From a virus (Duplodnaviria; Caudoviricetes): a stretch of 52,618 nt of DNA. Shown here in pieces: positions 28,830-37,877 of this stretch. Below the pieces are notes generated by a model that was not told where the DNA came from, ran no database searches, and was given only the letters and a program-made list of their open reading frames with translations. The DNA is taken from IMG/VR virus record IMGVR_UViG_3300005527_000074, positions 1 to 52,618 of that record; one strand, written 5' to 3'. Each line of letters opens with the position of its first letter. Within the stretch, counting starts at the first letter, position 1. The translations under genes were made by a program, and so were the position numbers.

Positions 28830-29978
28830 ATGAAAGAATTTTATTGCGCTGCCCCCTGGCGTGGCCTGCATATCAATCCCCGAGGCGATGTAAAAACCTG
28901 CTGTGCTGGCAACCCCAACATGCTGGGCAACCTCAATACCCAAACCATTGAGCAAATACTTAATAGCAATCTCATGACAGAGATACGCACCAGTTTGGCC
29001 AAAGGTGAGCCACACGAATACTGTTCTAACTGTGTGCGAGCCGAACGCTTTGGTGCAGATTCTGAACGCCAGTGGCACAACAATGTGAATCCCAACTTTG
29101 ACTATACCACAGCCGGAGATCAGTATCACTATCCTGTGATTGTGGATGTGCGTTGGAATACTACATGCAACTTGAGTTGCAATTACTGCGGCGAAGCATG
29201 CAGTTCAAAATGGGCCAGCCTCAAAGGCATTCCATTCAAGTCAGGTGCCCGGCCCTATTATGATAGTGTATGCGACTTCATTGAACAGCATTATGAACAC
29301 ATACACGAAGTAGCACTGGTGGGCGGTGAGCCACTGTTGCTGCCAGAAAACAACAGACTGCTGGACGTTATACCTAAAGATGCTATAGTTACACTAATCA
29401 CAAACTTGAACGTGGACTTAGATTCAAACAAGATATTCCAAAAGTTATCAACTCGCAACCGAGTTGGTTGGAGCATGAGCTTTGACAACACAGGCGAACG
29501 AGTGGAGTATGTGCGACACGGTGCCAGTTGGGAGTTGATCAAAGAGAATCTTTCAAAGATCAAACATCTAATGACCACACAAGGACAGTGGGGCGGCATT
29601 CATGCTGTGTACAACATCTACAATGCTACACGCATCTGCGAACTACGACAGTTTGCTGAAGAAACAGGTACCACAGTGCTGTGGCAAAACTTGTTTCAGC
29701 CTGAATACCTTGATCCATTTTTGCATGGTGCAGGTGTTGCACGAGAAGCCATAGCAGAGATTGAACGATTCTATGAGATGAACATTGCTACACCCGCTGA
29801 ACGTCAGTTCTTTGACAATGCACTGACCACTTATCGCAATAGATTGAATGAAGACAAAGTCAGCAAAATTGACATGGATTTTTGGCGACACATACACGAC
29901 AATGAGTCTAAGTATCATCCAGACAAAGCTGGTGAATTTCAACGACTGTGGCCAGAATTGGCATTCCTATGCAAATAA
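28830..29978 (+). CDS. Radical SAM protein with N-terminal SPASM/twitch-like domain
   Basis: CAAPW...GDVKTCC...CSNC, then CNLSCNYC, GGEP, EYVRHGASW. Confidence 0.9.
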   Translation: MKEFYCAAPWRGLHINPRGDVKTCCAGNPNMLGNLNTQTIEQILNSNLMTEIRTSLAKGEPHEYCSNCVRAERFGADSERQWHNNVNPNFDYTTAGDQYHYPVIVDVRWNTTCNLSCNYCGEACSSKWASLKGIPFKSGARPYYDSVCDFIEQHYEHIHEVALVGGEPLLLPENNRLLDVIPKDAIVTLITNLNVDLDSNKIFQKLSTRNRVGWSMSFDNTGERVEYVRHGASWELIKENLSKIKHLMTTQGQWGGIHAVYNIYNATRICELRQFAEETGTTVLWQNLFQPEYLDPFLHGAGVAREAIAEIERFYEMNIATPAERQFFDNALTTYRNRLNEDKVSKIDMDFWRHIHDNESKYHPDKAGEFQRLWPELAFLCK

Positions 29979-30529
29979 CACCAGTTGATCAAGATCACAA
30001 TTTGTTTGCAATCATAGATTTGGTTCCGCAATCATTGGTGGACAAAATCTTAGAAACTGATTGGCTGAATATGCCTTGGCAACGTCAAGAAGGCCAAGAA
30101 TCTTGGCCCAGACGTCGGATTGACAATTGTGCGCTGTCATGGATAAGTGAATGGGATCAGTATCTTGAACAACACATAGCCGACATTGAACAAGGCATCG
30201 GCCGAAAACTCAATGGCTATCAAGGCACAGCCTGGTGGTTAGACGAGCCAGGGTTCACCTGCGCCATGCACACTGATGGTGAATTGCCAGGAGCAATGCA
30301 GCTGACTTGGATTGGAGCAGACAGTAGATTGGGCACCGCGTTCTATCACTACAAAAATGACGAGACTTTGCGGTATCAGTTTCCCATGCAACCTAACTCT
30401 GGCTATATCATGATAAACACACCAGACAGTTGCGGCACTAGGCATTTACAATGGCACGCTATGTTAACGCCAGTACCCATCAATACTTTTAGGCTGTGCA
30501 GTTACAGCTGGCTATCGGAGAAATTATGA
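29969..30529 (+). CDS. 2OG-Fe(II) oxygenase
   Basis: WLDEPGF...HTD...GT.FY...WH...R.xS, matching the HxD...H...RxS signature. Confidence 0.8.
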   Translation: MQITPVDQDHNLFAIIDLVPQSLVDKILETDWLNMPWQRQEGQESWPRRRIDNCALSWISEWDQYLEQHIADIEQGIGRKLNGYQGTAWWLDEPGFTCAMHTDGELPGAMQLTWIGADSRLGTAFYHYKNDETLRYQFPMQPNSGYIMINTPDSCGTRHLQWHAMLTPVPINTFRLCSYSWLSEKL

Positions 30530-31665
30530 TTACACAAAGTCCCACATTTTGCTCAGCACCTTGGACCAGTCTCAATATTGATCAAACTGGTCTAGTGTTT
30601 CCTTGCATGCATTCGGGTTATGAACTGGGCAACATCAAACAAAAACCCATACAAGAAATTTTGCTTGACCAACCCTTGCAGGAATTAAAAACAGCCATGG
30701 CTCAAGGCAAATGGCATCAAGCCTGCACTTGGTGCAAGCGTCTAGAAGACACTACTGGCAGCAGCGGACGTACAGTGCGTGAACTCAGTGCTAAGTCGGC
30801 TGCTGAAATTGATGCCAACATTGACTGGTTTGGTCTAGAACACATTGTGGTTAACTGGAGTAATCTTTGCAATCTTACCTGTGTGTATTGTAATCCAGAA
30901 ACGTCTACAGCCTGGCAAAGTGTCAAACGCATACCTATAAATCATGTCAAGAACGAACATCAAGATCTAATTGAACTAGCCCAAACACACGGACATACCA
31001 TACGTGGACTCAGTTTAGGCGGCGGCGAACCATTGTTGCAAAAAGGATTGTTAGAATTCTTGAAACATTTGGATTGTAACAAAGTCAATGCTATGGTAAC
31101 AACCAACCTCAGTGTAGACATAGCGTCAAACCCCATCTATCAAGAACTGCGAGAGTGGAAGAATATTAGATGGATGATCAGCTTTGACAATGCTGACAAA
31201 CAAAAATTTGAATATGTACGTAACGGTGCTGACTGGGATCAGTTTGTGCAAAATATTGCGCAACTCAAACAAGATCGTCAGTTTGTGTGGGCTCACCCTG
31301 CTTATTCAATATACTGTGCACTGGATCTTGTTGAATACTATGATTTTTGCGATCAACAGCAACTGGATATTTTTTGGTGCGAACTCAATCATCCCTGGGA
31401 ATTAGATATACGCCGCCAGCCAGCCAAGGCCAGATTAGAAGCTGTGGAAGAGATTGATAAGTGCGTGGCCAAGTATGGCCAGCGGCCAGGCATGAGCACT
31501 GACGCACTGTTGCGTTATCGTCGCACACTGTTAGATACTAGCTATCTTGAAAACATCAGATATGAGTGTCGCACACTTGACTGGCACAAAAACATCGAGC
31601 AAGAACTGAAAAAAACAGTGACCTTTCCACAACTGTGGCCCAAGCTTTCGGAGTTAATATCATGA
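30526..31665 (+). CDS. Radical SAM protein with N-terminal SPASM/twitch-like domain (paralog of 28830)
   Basis: CSAPW...GLVFPC...CTWC, then CNLTCVYC, GGGEP, EYVRNGADW; GGAG RBS. Confidence 0.9.
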   Translation: MITQSPTFCSAPWTSLNIDQTGLVFPCMHSGYELGNIKQKPIQEILLDQPLQELKTAMAQGKWHQACTWCKRLEDTTGSSGRTVRELSAKSAAEIDANIDWFGLEHIVVNWSNLCNLTCVYCNPETSTAWQSVKRIPINHVKNEHQDLIELAQTHGHTIRGLSLGGGEPLLQKGLLEFLKHLDCNKVNAMVTTNLSVDIASNPIYQELREWKNIRWMISFDNADKQKFEYVRNGADWDQFVQNIAQLKQDRQFVWAHPAYSIYCALDLVEYYDFCDQQQLDIFWCELNHPWELDIRRQPAKARLEAVEEIDKCVAKYGQRPGMSTDALLRYRRTLLDTSYLENIRYECRTLDWHKNIEQELKKTVTFPQLWPKLSELIS

Positions 31666-32423
31666 TTTTTGAACGACCACCTTGGCACCCTGGAAAAAAT
31701 TTAGCTGGTACTGAGCTTGAATGGCTGCCTACTGACACCAAAGAAAATTTTGACAAACTCATGCAAGACAGCAAGCATCGGCAGTACTTTCACGACAAAG
31801 GTTGGGATCAGCCTGGTGCCATTACCTATCGTTTTAATACTCAAGGATTTCGCTCTGAGGAATTTGTGCCCGGGGACTGGATATTGGCCATGGGTTGCAG
31901 TTACACCATGGGCATTGGTTTACCGATACAAGACTTGTGGCCAACTTTGGTGGGTCAGGCGCTGGGATTAAAAGTTGCCAATATTGCCTGGCCCGGCTCT
32001 AGTGCAGATACCTGTTTTAGATTGGCTGAGTATTGGATTAAAAGATTAAAACCCAAAGCAGTGTGTATGTTGGTGCCACCTTGGCATAGAATTGAATTGC
32101 TCATGGATCCGGCGGCCAGTATACCAGCTGAAGTGTTTATACCACACAGTTTGAGTAAATATTACAAAGACACTGATGTGTTTTTGACCAACTGGTTCAT
32201 GAATGAAGAAAATCAAAGGTTGCAAGCAAAACGAAACCGATTGGCCATTACTCAATTGGCTCAAGAACACAATGTCTGGTGTTGCATAGTAGATAGCAAT
32301 GACTATATGACTCAGTCACGTGAGGAAATTGAATATGCTAGAGATTACATGCACGGTGGCCCTCAAGCACATAAAATTATAGCGGAGAAAATATTAAATG
32401 ATTGGCATGAAAGGCACACTTGA
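31662..32423 (+). CDS. SGNH/GDSL-like protein
   Basis: GCSYTMG (block I), NIAWPGSS (block II) and C-terminal DYMH (DxxH). Confidence 0.65.
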   Translation: MIFERPPWHPGKNLAGTELEWLPTDTKENFDKLMQDSKHRQYFHDKGWDQPGAITYRFNTQGFRSEEFVPGDWILAMGCSYTMGIGLPIQDLWPTLVGQALGLKVANIAWPGSSADTCFRLAEYWIKRLKPKAVCMLVPPWHRIELLMDPAASIPAEVFIPHSLSKYYKDTDVFLTNWFMNEENQRLQAKRNRLAITQLAQEHNVWCCIVDSNDYMTQSREEIEYARDYMHGGPQAHKIIAEKILNDWHERHT

Positions 32424-33987
32424 CACTGTACTGGTCAAAGCACCACATCGCAAAGAAACTTTTACTGAGCAAGAGCTAGAAGAATTTGCAAGATGTGCGG
32501 ATCCCGTCAACGGTCCGATGTATTTTCTTGACAACTTTTTCTACATTCAACATCCTGTGCGCGGCAAGATGTTGTATCATCCGTTTGAGTATCAACGGCG
32601 GCTGATTGACAACTACCATAACAATCGTTTTTCAATCTCGTTGATGCCACGACAAACTGGCAAATCTACATCAGCAGCTGGTTACCTGCTGTGGTATGCT
32701 ATGTTTGTGCCAGACTCAACAATTCTCATTGCCGCACACAAATATCTAGGCGCACAAGAGATCATGCAACGTATAAGATATGCTTATGAGTTGTGCCCTA
32801 ACCACATACGTGCTGGCGCCACAAGTTACAACAAAGGTTCGTTAGAGTTTGACAACGGTAGTCGTATTGTCAGTCAGACCACTACTGAAAACACTGGTCG
32901 TGGTATGAGTATTACCTTGCTGTACCTGGACGAATTTGCGTTTGTGCGACCCACAATTGCCAAAGAGTTTTGGACTTCTATTACTCCTACACTAAGCACT
33001 GGTGGTAAGGCAATTATTACTTCAACCCCAAACTCAGATGAAGACCAGTTTGCGTTCATTTGGAAAGGTGCCAACAAGATTGAAGATGAGTATGGCAACC
33101 CCAGACCCAATGGCTTGGGCATCAACGGCTTCAAGGCATTTCGTGCATTCTGGCGCGAGCACCCAGACCGAGACGACAAGTGGGCCGACGAACAACGAGC
33201 ACAGCTAGGCGAAGAACGTTTTCGCAGAGAAATGGACTGCGAGTTTGTGATCAATGATGAAACTTTGATATCTCCAATTAAATTGTTGGGCCTAGAAGGC
33301 GTAGACCCCACACGCAAAACTGGACAAGTGCGCTGGTATCGTGAACCCAAAAAAGATGAAATTTATGTAGTGGCTCTAGACCCTAGCTTGGGCACCGGCG
33401 GTGACCCTGCGGCCATTCAAGTGTTCGAAGCCAGTACCACAGAGCAAATTGCCGAGTGGCGTCACAACAAAACTGACGTGCCCACACAGGTACGTATCTT
33501 GGCTGACATTGTGAAAGAACTATACAGTGTTGTGGGTGACAACAAAAAAATCTACTATTCAGTAGAAAACAACACCATTGGCGAAGCTGCACTGATTTCC
33601 ATCAACGAGTACGGTGAAGAAAACATCCCAGGGTATTTCCTCAGTGACAACACTGTGGTGGCTGGCACAGGACGTAGATTTCGCAAGGGTTTTAACACTA
33701 CCAACAAAGCCAAACTCACAGCTTGCAACAAGCTCAAAATCTTGATTGAAAGCGGGCGCATGAAAATTTACTCCAAACCCTTTATCAGCGAGCTCAAAAC
33801 GTTTGTGGCCAATGGCACCAGTTATGCCGCTAAACCTGGCGAAACTGACGATCTTGTGATGAGTAGCCTGCTGGTCACCCGCATGCTGTTGCTGTTGCAA
33901 GGCTATCATGCTGAACTAAATCAGCACCTCAAAGACCACTCTGACAACATTGTAGAGCCCTTTCCCTTTATCAGTATAATGCGATAA
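32398..33987 (+). CDS. gp17: Terminase large subunit
   Basis: PRQTGKST Walker A, LLYLDEFAF Walker B, ITSTPN, ALDPSLG, VENN, DDLVMS. Confidence 0.97.
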   Translation: MIGMKGTLDTVLVKAPHRKETFTEQELEEFARCADPVNGPMYFLDNFFYIQHPVRGKMLYHPFEYQRRLIDNYHNNRFSISLMPRQTGKSTSAAGYLLWYAMFVPDSTILIAAHKYLGAQEIMQRIRYAYELCPNHIRAGATSYNKGSLEFDNGSRIVSQTTTENTGRGMSITLLYLDEFAFVRPTIAKEFWTSITPTLSTGGKAIITSTPNSDEDQFAFIWKGANKIEDEYGNPRPNGLGINGFKAFRAFWREHPDRDDKWADEQRAQLGEERFRREMDCEFVINDETLISPIKLLGLEGVDPTRKTGQVRWYREPKKDEIYVVALDPSLGTGGDPAAIQVFEASTTEQIAEWRHNKTDVPTQVRILADIVKELYSVVGDNKKIYYSVENNTIGEAALISINEYGEENIPGYFLSDNTVVAGTGRRFRKGFNTTNKAKLTACNKLKILIESGRMKIYSKPFISELKTFVANGTSYAAKPGETDDLVMSSLLVTRMLLLLQGYHAELNQHLKDHSDNIVEPFPFISIMR

Positions 33988-33990
33988 ATA
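33985..33990 (+). promoter_or_regulatory. Late-type promoter TAAATA
   Basis: Overlaps the gp17 stop; 7 nt to ATG 33998; no SD. Confidence 0.6.
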
Positions 33991-33997
33991 AAAAACT

Positions 33998-35929
33998 ATG
34001 GCACAAGATATCAATATTGCTAACGATTTGTACGACCTTTTGGCCACGCACAACTTTGACGTGGAAGCAGCCAACAAAAGTGGCGACCCTGTTAGTCCTG
34101 AAGAAGGAAGAATTTTTAAATTTGACTGGGTATCAGCATCGGGCAAAAATTACGGCACAGCAGTGATTATAATTGGTGAAGAAGACGAGCTGATGTTGTT
34201 CTTTGGGGACAATCTTGGCAAGGGCATGGAAGAACCTGACAAGAGTGAGTGGTATGCATTTTTACAACAAATGGCCAATTTTAGCACTCGACACGGATTC
34301 CATACATTCAGCCCTAAAAATCTCAACCAACTTCGACATACCATGACTGGTCTTGCAGCCATCAAAGAAGGTCTGTTTGAAAGTTATTATGGCACACGCA
34401 GAGTCAGCTACATGGGCGAACCCACCGACGCAAGATTGGTTATAAATCACAACCGAGTGTTGGGAGAAGATGACAAGCGTTATCGTTACGTGGAAAGTTT
34501 GTTTATTGAAACTGCCGACGGTGAAAAATTCAAAATGCAATTTCGCAATCTCAGCGGTGGCCGTGCCATGCTGGAACATGTGCGCCAGGGTGGCAGACCT
34601 TACGACATTCGTGGACAACACATTAATGAGATTGTGAGCGAAATGTCTGTGCTGTCAAGATTTAATCGCGCCAGCCGTGACCGAGTGTTTGAAGGTGTCA
34701 CACAACAACTGGTAGAACAAGCACAACAGTATTATCACAGTTTACAAAATAACTTGAAACACCTTGGGTCAGCCCGTGGTTACAAACAGTATTTTGAATC
34801 ATGGAGTCCAACTGACAGCCTTGAAGGTGAAGCTTTGGTTGAAGACCTCAAAACAATGTTCGTTGAACAAACTCTAGATGCTAGAATAGAAGCAGCATTG
34901 CCTACTCTAGCCAAACTACAACAACAAGGTGAAAAAATGAAAGAAGCAGAAATTTTTGAATCATGGGCAACTCGCTTGGTTGAAGGGACCTGGGCACTGC
35001 CCGACACTCCCGAAACGCAGGCCAAACTCAATGACTTAATGAGCAAAGAACTGATCGTTGGTCCAGATGCAACCAATGCCACAGAGCAATTGTATGATGT
35101 CCTTGGTGATGATCAATTGTTTGACATCCTTGGTAACTTGGCTGCACAGGATCCTCGTGCCAATATCTGGGATGACACAGATGTGCAAGCTAGATTGCAA
35201 GAGTTAGGTGTACAACTGCCAACTCAAACACCCACACCTGACCAACAACAACCAGTGGCACCTGGTGCGGCTCAGGCTCCTGCAGCAGCGCCCGCACCAG
35301 CTCAACAGCCCCCAGTAGCCGAAAGCTCAGAACTCAATGCCATGCTCAAGTACGCAGGCGTGCCTGTAAAAGAAAGTGTGCTCACAGACTCAACTGGTCA
35401 CACCCTGGATCACATTCTCAAACGTTTCAGCAAAGAAGTTGCCAATTTTGAAGCTGGTGGCGATTTAGATGATGACCTGTATGATGCACTGTACGATTAC
35501 TACTTTGATGATATGCCATATGGAGTTAAAAAAGCTCGCACTGGTGACCCATACGAGTGGGTGAGTGAACGACTGGCAGACGAATTGGGAGTAAATGAAG
35601 GCATGTTAGGAACATTAGGCGGTGCAGCAGCAGGTATGGCACTGGGCGGCCCTATTGGGGCAGCAGCAGGGGCAGTCGGCGGACAAGAATTAACCAAAGG
35701 CGGCTCAAGCATAATCGAAGGCTCATGTAATGCAACTATGGAAGGCGAATACTGCCCAGAACATGGACTAGCAGAGTGCGCAATGGAATCAACTACCGCA
35801 GGCTCTATAGCACCTGTTATGGGTGAGGGCAACAATGATGACCCAATCAACTACAATGCAGCCATCACAGGCAGCTACTATGAAAGTGATGAATTGGCAA
35901 GAATAAAATCATTGGCTTTGCTCAAATGA
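33998..35929 (+). CDS. Putative internal head protein with modular C-terminus (643 aa)
   Basis: Multiple hydrophobic-x-E sites, a glycine zipper, a Cys/His cluster, and ESTTAGSIAP and ELARIKSLA motifs shared with 22897..25041. Confidence 0.6.
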   Translation: MAQDINIANDLYDLLATHNFDVEAANKSGDPVSPEEGRIFKFDWVSASGKNYGTAVIIIGEEDELMLFFGDNLGKGMEEPDKSEWYAFLQQMANFSTRHGFHTFSPKNLNQLRHTMTGLAAIKEGLFESYYGTRRVSYMGEPTDARLVINHNRVLGEDDKRYRYVESLFIETADGEKFKMQFRNLSGGRAMLEHVRQGGRPYDIRGQHINEIVSEMSVLSRFNRASRDRVFEGVTQQLVEQAQQYYHSLQNNLKHLGSARGYKQYFESWSPTDSLEGEALVEDLKTMFVEQTLDARIEAALPTLAKLQQQGEKMKEAEIFESWATRLVEGTWALPDTPETQAKLNDLMSKELIVGPDATNATEQLYDVLGDDQLFDILGNLAAQDPRANIWDDTDVQARLQELGVQLPTQTPTPDQQQPVAPGAAQAPAAAPAPAQQPPVAESSELNAMLKYAGVPVKESVLTDSTGHTLDHILKRFSKEVANFEAGGDLDDDLYDALYDYYFDDMPYGVKKARTGDPYEWVSERLADELGVNEGMLGTLGGAAAGMALGGPIGAAAGAVGGQELTKGGSSIIEGSCNATMEGEYCPEHGLAECAMESTTAGSIAPVMGEGNNDDPINYNAAITGSYYESDELARIKSLALLK

Positions 35930-35931
35930 CA

Positions 35932-35969
35932 TAAATAACATTGACACAGTAGACAAAAGCGCATATACT
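35932..35969 (+). promoter_or_regulatory. Tandem late (TAAATA 35932) and sigma70 (TTGACA-N17-TATACT, 35941-35969) promoters for gp32
   Basis: Both motifs are visible with exact 17-nt spacing for the sigma70 promoter. Confidence 0.75.
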
Positions 35970-36002
35970 ACTACAGTGTTTGCGCTTTTTCTTTTGTGGC
36001 AC

Positions 36003-36051
36003 AGGCAACAATTGATCTAAGTAATTTAGATAGGCAACATACATAGGCAAC
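36003..36051 (+). repeat. Three AGGCAAC direct repeats and a small hairpin in the gp32 leader
   Basis: AGGCAAC at 36003, 36032 and 36045; atctaa-gtaat-ttagat between the first two. Confidence 0.85.
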
Positions 36052-36069
36052 TTATTAAGGAGAAAAACT

Positions 36070-37068
36070 ATGGCATCTTTAGCAGAAATTCGAGCACGAC
36101 TACAGGCAGCTGAAAACAAACAAGGTGGGCAATCCACCGGTGGGGATAACAGCATTTATCCACATTGGAACATGGAAGAAGGTCAATCAGCAACAGTCCG
36201 TTTTCTTCCAGACGGCAACAACAAAAACACATTTTTCTGGGTCGAACGTGCAATGATCCGACTGCCTTTCAACGGCGTCAAAGGGGAAATGGAATCAAAA
36301 CAGGTTATGGTACAGGTGCCCTGTGTTGAGATGTGGGGCGAAGCTTGCCCAATCTTGGCAGAAGTACGTACATGGTTCAAGGACAAGAGCCTTGAAGACA
36401 TGGGTCGCAAGTACTGGAAGAAACGCAGTTACCTCTTCCAAGGCTTTGTGCGTGAAAACCCACTTAGCGACGACAAGTCGCCTGAGAATCCAATTCGTAG
36501 ATTCATCATTGGCCCGCAAATCTTTACAACTATCAAAGGAGCCTTGATGGATCCTGAGTTGGAAGAATTGCCAACTGACTTGGTGCGTGGCTTAGACTTC
36601 CGCATTAGCAAGGGCAGCAAAGGCGGCTTTGCTGACTACAACGGTTCTAAGTGGGCTCGTAAAGAATCTGCATTGACCGAAGCTGAACAGGCTGCAATTG
36701 AAAAGCATGGCTTGTATGACTTGGCAACATTCTTGCCCAAGAAGCCCACAGACGTTGAGCTCAAGGTCATCAAAGAGATGTTTGAAGCAAGTGTAGATGG
36801 ACAACCATACGACACTGAGCGTTGGGGTCAGTACTTCCGTCCAGCTGGTGTACAAGCACCTGCAGGCACCGCAGCCACTGTTGACGGTCATGGTGATGTG
36901 CTCGAAGCACCAGCAAAGGCAGCACCAGCACCAGCACCAGCAGCTAGCCAACCCTGGGACGAGGATGAGGCAGCGTCACCAACTGCACCTGTGCAAGCAG
37001 CCAAACCCACAGCCGGTAATGCTCAAGACATCTTGGCCATGATCCGCGCTAGACAAAACAAGCAATGA
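36070..37068 (+). CDS. gp32: Single-stranded DNA-binding protein
   Basis: ATVRFLP, PC..MWGE.CP, YWKKRSY, GLDFRI.K..KGGFADY..SKW; low-complexity tail; AAGGAG RBS. Confidence 0.9.
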   Translation: MASLAEIRARLQAAENKQGGQSTGGDNSIYPHWNMEEGQSATVRFLPDGNNKNTFFWVERAMIRLPFNGVKGEMESKQVMVQVPCVEMWGEACPILAEVRTWFKDKSLEDMGRKYWKKRSYLFQGFVRENPLSDDKSPENPIRRFIIGPQIFTTIKGALMDPELEELPTDLVRGLDFRISKGSKGGFADYNGSKWARKESALTEAEQAAIEKHGLYDLATFLPKKPTDVELKVIKEMFEASVDGQPYDTERWGQYFRPAGVQAPAGTAATVDGHGDVLEAPAKAAPAPAPAASQPWDEDEAASPTAPVQAAKPTAGNAQDILAMIRARQNKQ

Positions 37069-37069
37069 T

Positions 37070-37096
37070 AACAGGGCCGTCGGGCCCTGTTGGTTT
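37070..37096 (+). terminator. Hairpin / terminator after gp32
   Basis: aacagggcc-gtcg-ggccctgtt perfect 9-bp stem with a weak U tract. Confidence 0.7.
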
Positions 37097-37098
37097 GT

Positions 37099-37875
37099 AT
37101 GGCTCAATTGATTTGGTCTATAACAGGAGACACCATACCTCTTGATCCGGTTGACTGTGACGTCTATAACTATTTTGTTGCTGAACTTGGTCGCAACAAT
37201 TTAAATCGTTACACAATGCCAGATCTAGGGGCAGGGTCTCTCTGTGCAGAATTGCAAATCAACGTTCGACTGGTAAACAACTTATTGCAATCCAAGTTAA
37301 GAATTTCAGCTTTTGATTTTGATCTTGATCCTACCAATCAAGCACACTTGAACACTCTGCACCGACAATGGGTAAAAGTGCATCAACAGTTTCCACAAAT
37401 TAGTAAACTAGTTGACACGCAGATTCCAGGCGTACTTGACAGAATCAACAAAGTTATTCATGCTATAGAAGACTTAACTGCAACTTTTGAAATTACAACC
37501 GAACAACCAAATTATATGATTGCCAATCCTTTTAGATCTGAAATTTTACGATATGGTGTTTACAACGTGTCAATATCGTACCATAATTTGGGTAGTCTAA
37601 GTTTTGAAAAATGGTTGCATGGCGATCCTGTACACGACACAGATACAAACAATTTTTCTGAGTTTTACACTACCTTGAAGATTAACGTTTTGCCAACAAT
37701 CAATCAATCTGCACCAATAGAATATCAACAGTGGTGCAAACGTTACCAAATGCCTTGTCAAGGTAACCGAATGCCTTTGGCAAATTTTGACAATCTTGAA
37801 AACAATATGCTAAAATACAAACAACTGTTTCACAAAAATTCATTGGTAACAAACAACTTTATTATACTGGAGTAA
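37099..37875 (+). CDS. Hypothetical protein, LNxLH / NxxxHxxE family (paralog of 50484)
   Basis: Fills the gp32-uvsX gap; shares motifs with 50484..51341. Confidence 0.7.
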   Translation: MAQLIWSITGDTIPLDPVDCDVYNYFVAELGRNNLNRYTMPDLGAGSLCAELQINVRLVNNLLQSKLRISAFDFDLDPTNQAHLNTLHRQWVKVHQQFPQISKLVDTQIPGVLDRINKVIHAIEDLTATFEITTEQPNYMIANPFRSEILRYGVYNVSISYHNLGSLSFEKWLHGDPVHDTDTNNFSEFYTTLKINVLPTINQSAPIEYQQWCKRYQMPCQGNRMPLANFDNLENNMLKYKQLFHKNSLVTNNFIILE

Positions 37876-37877
37876 AC

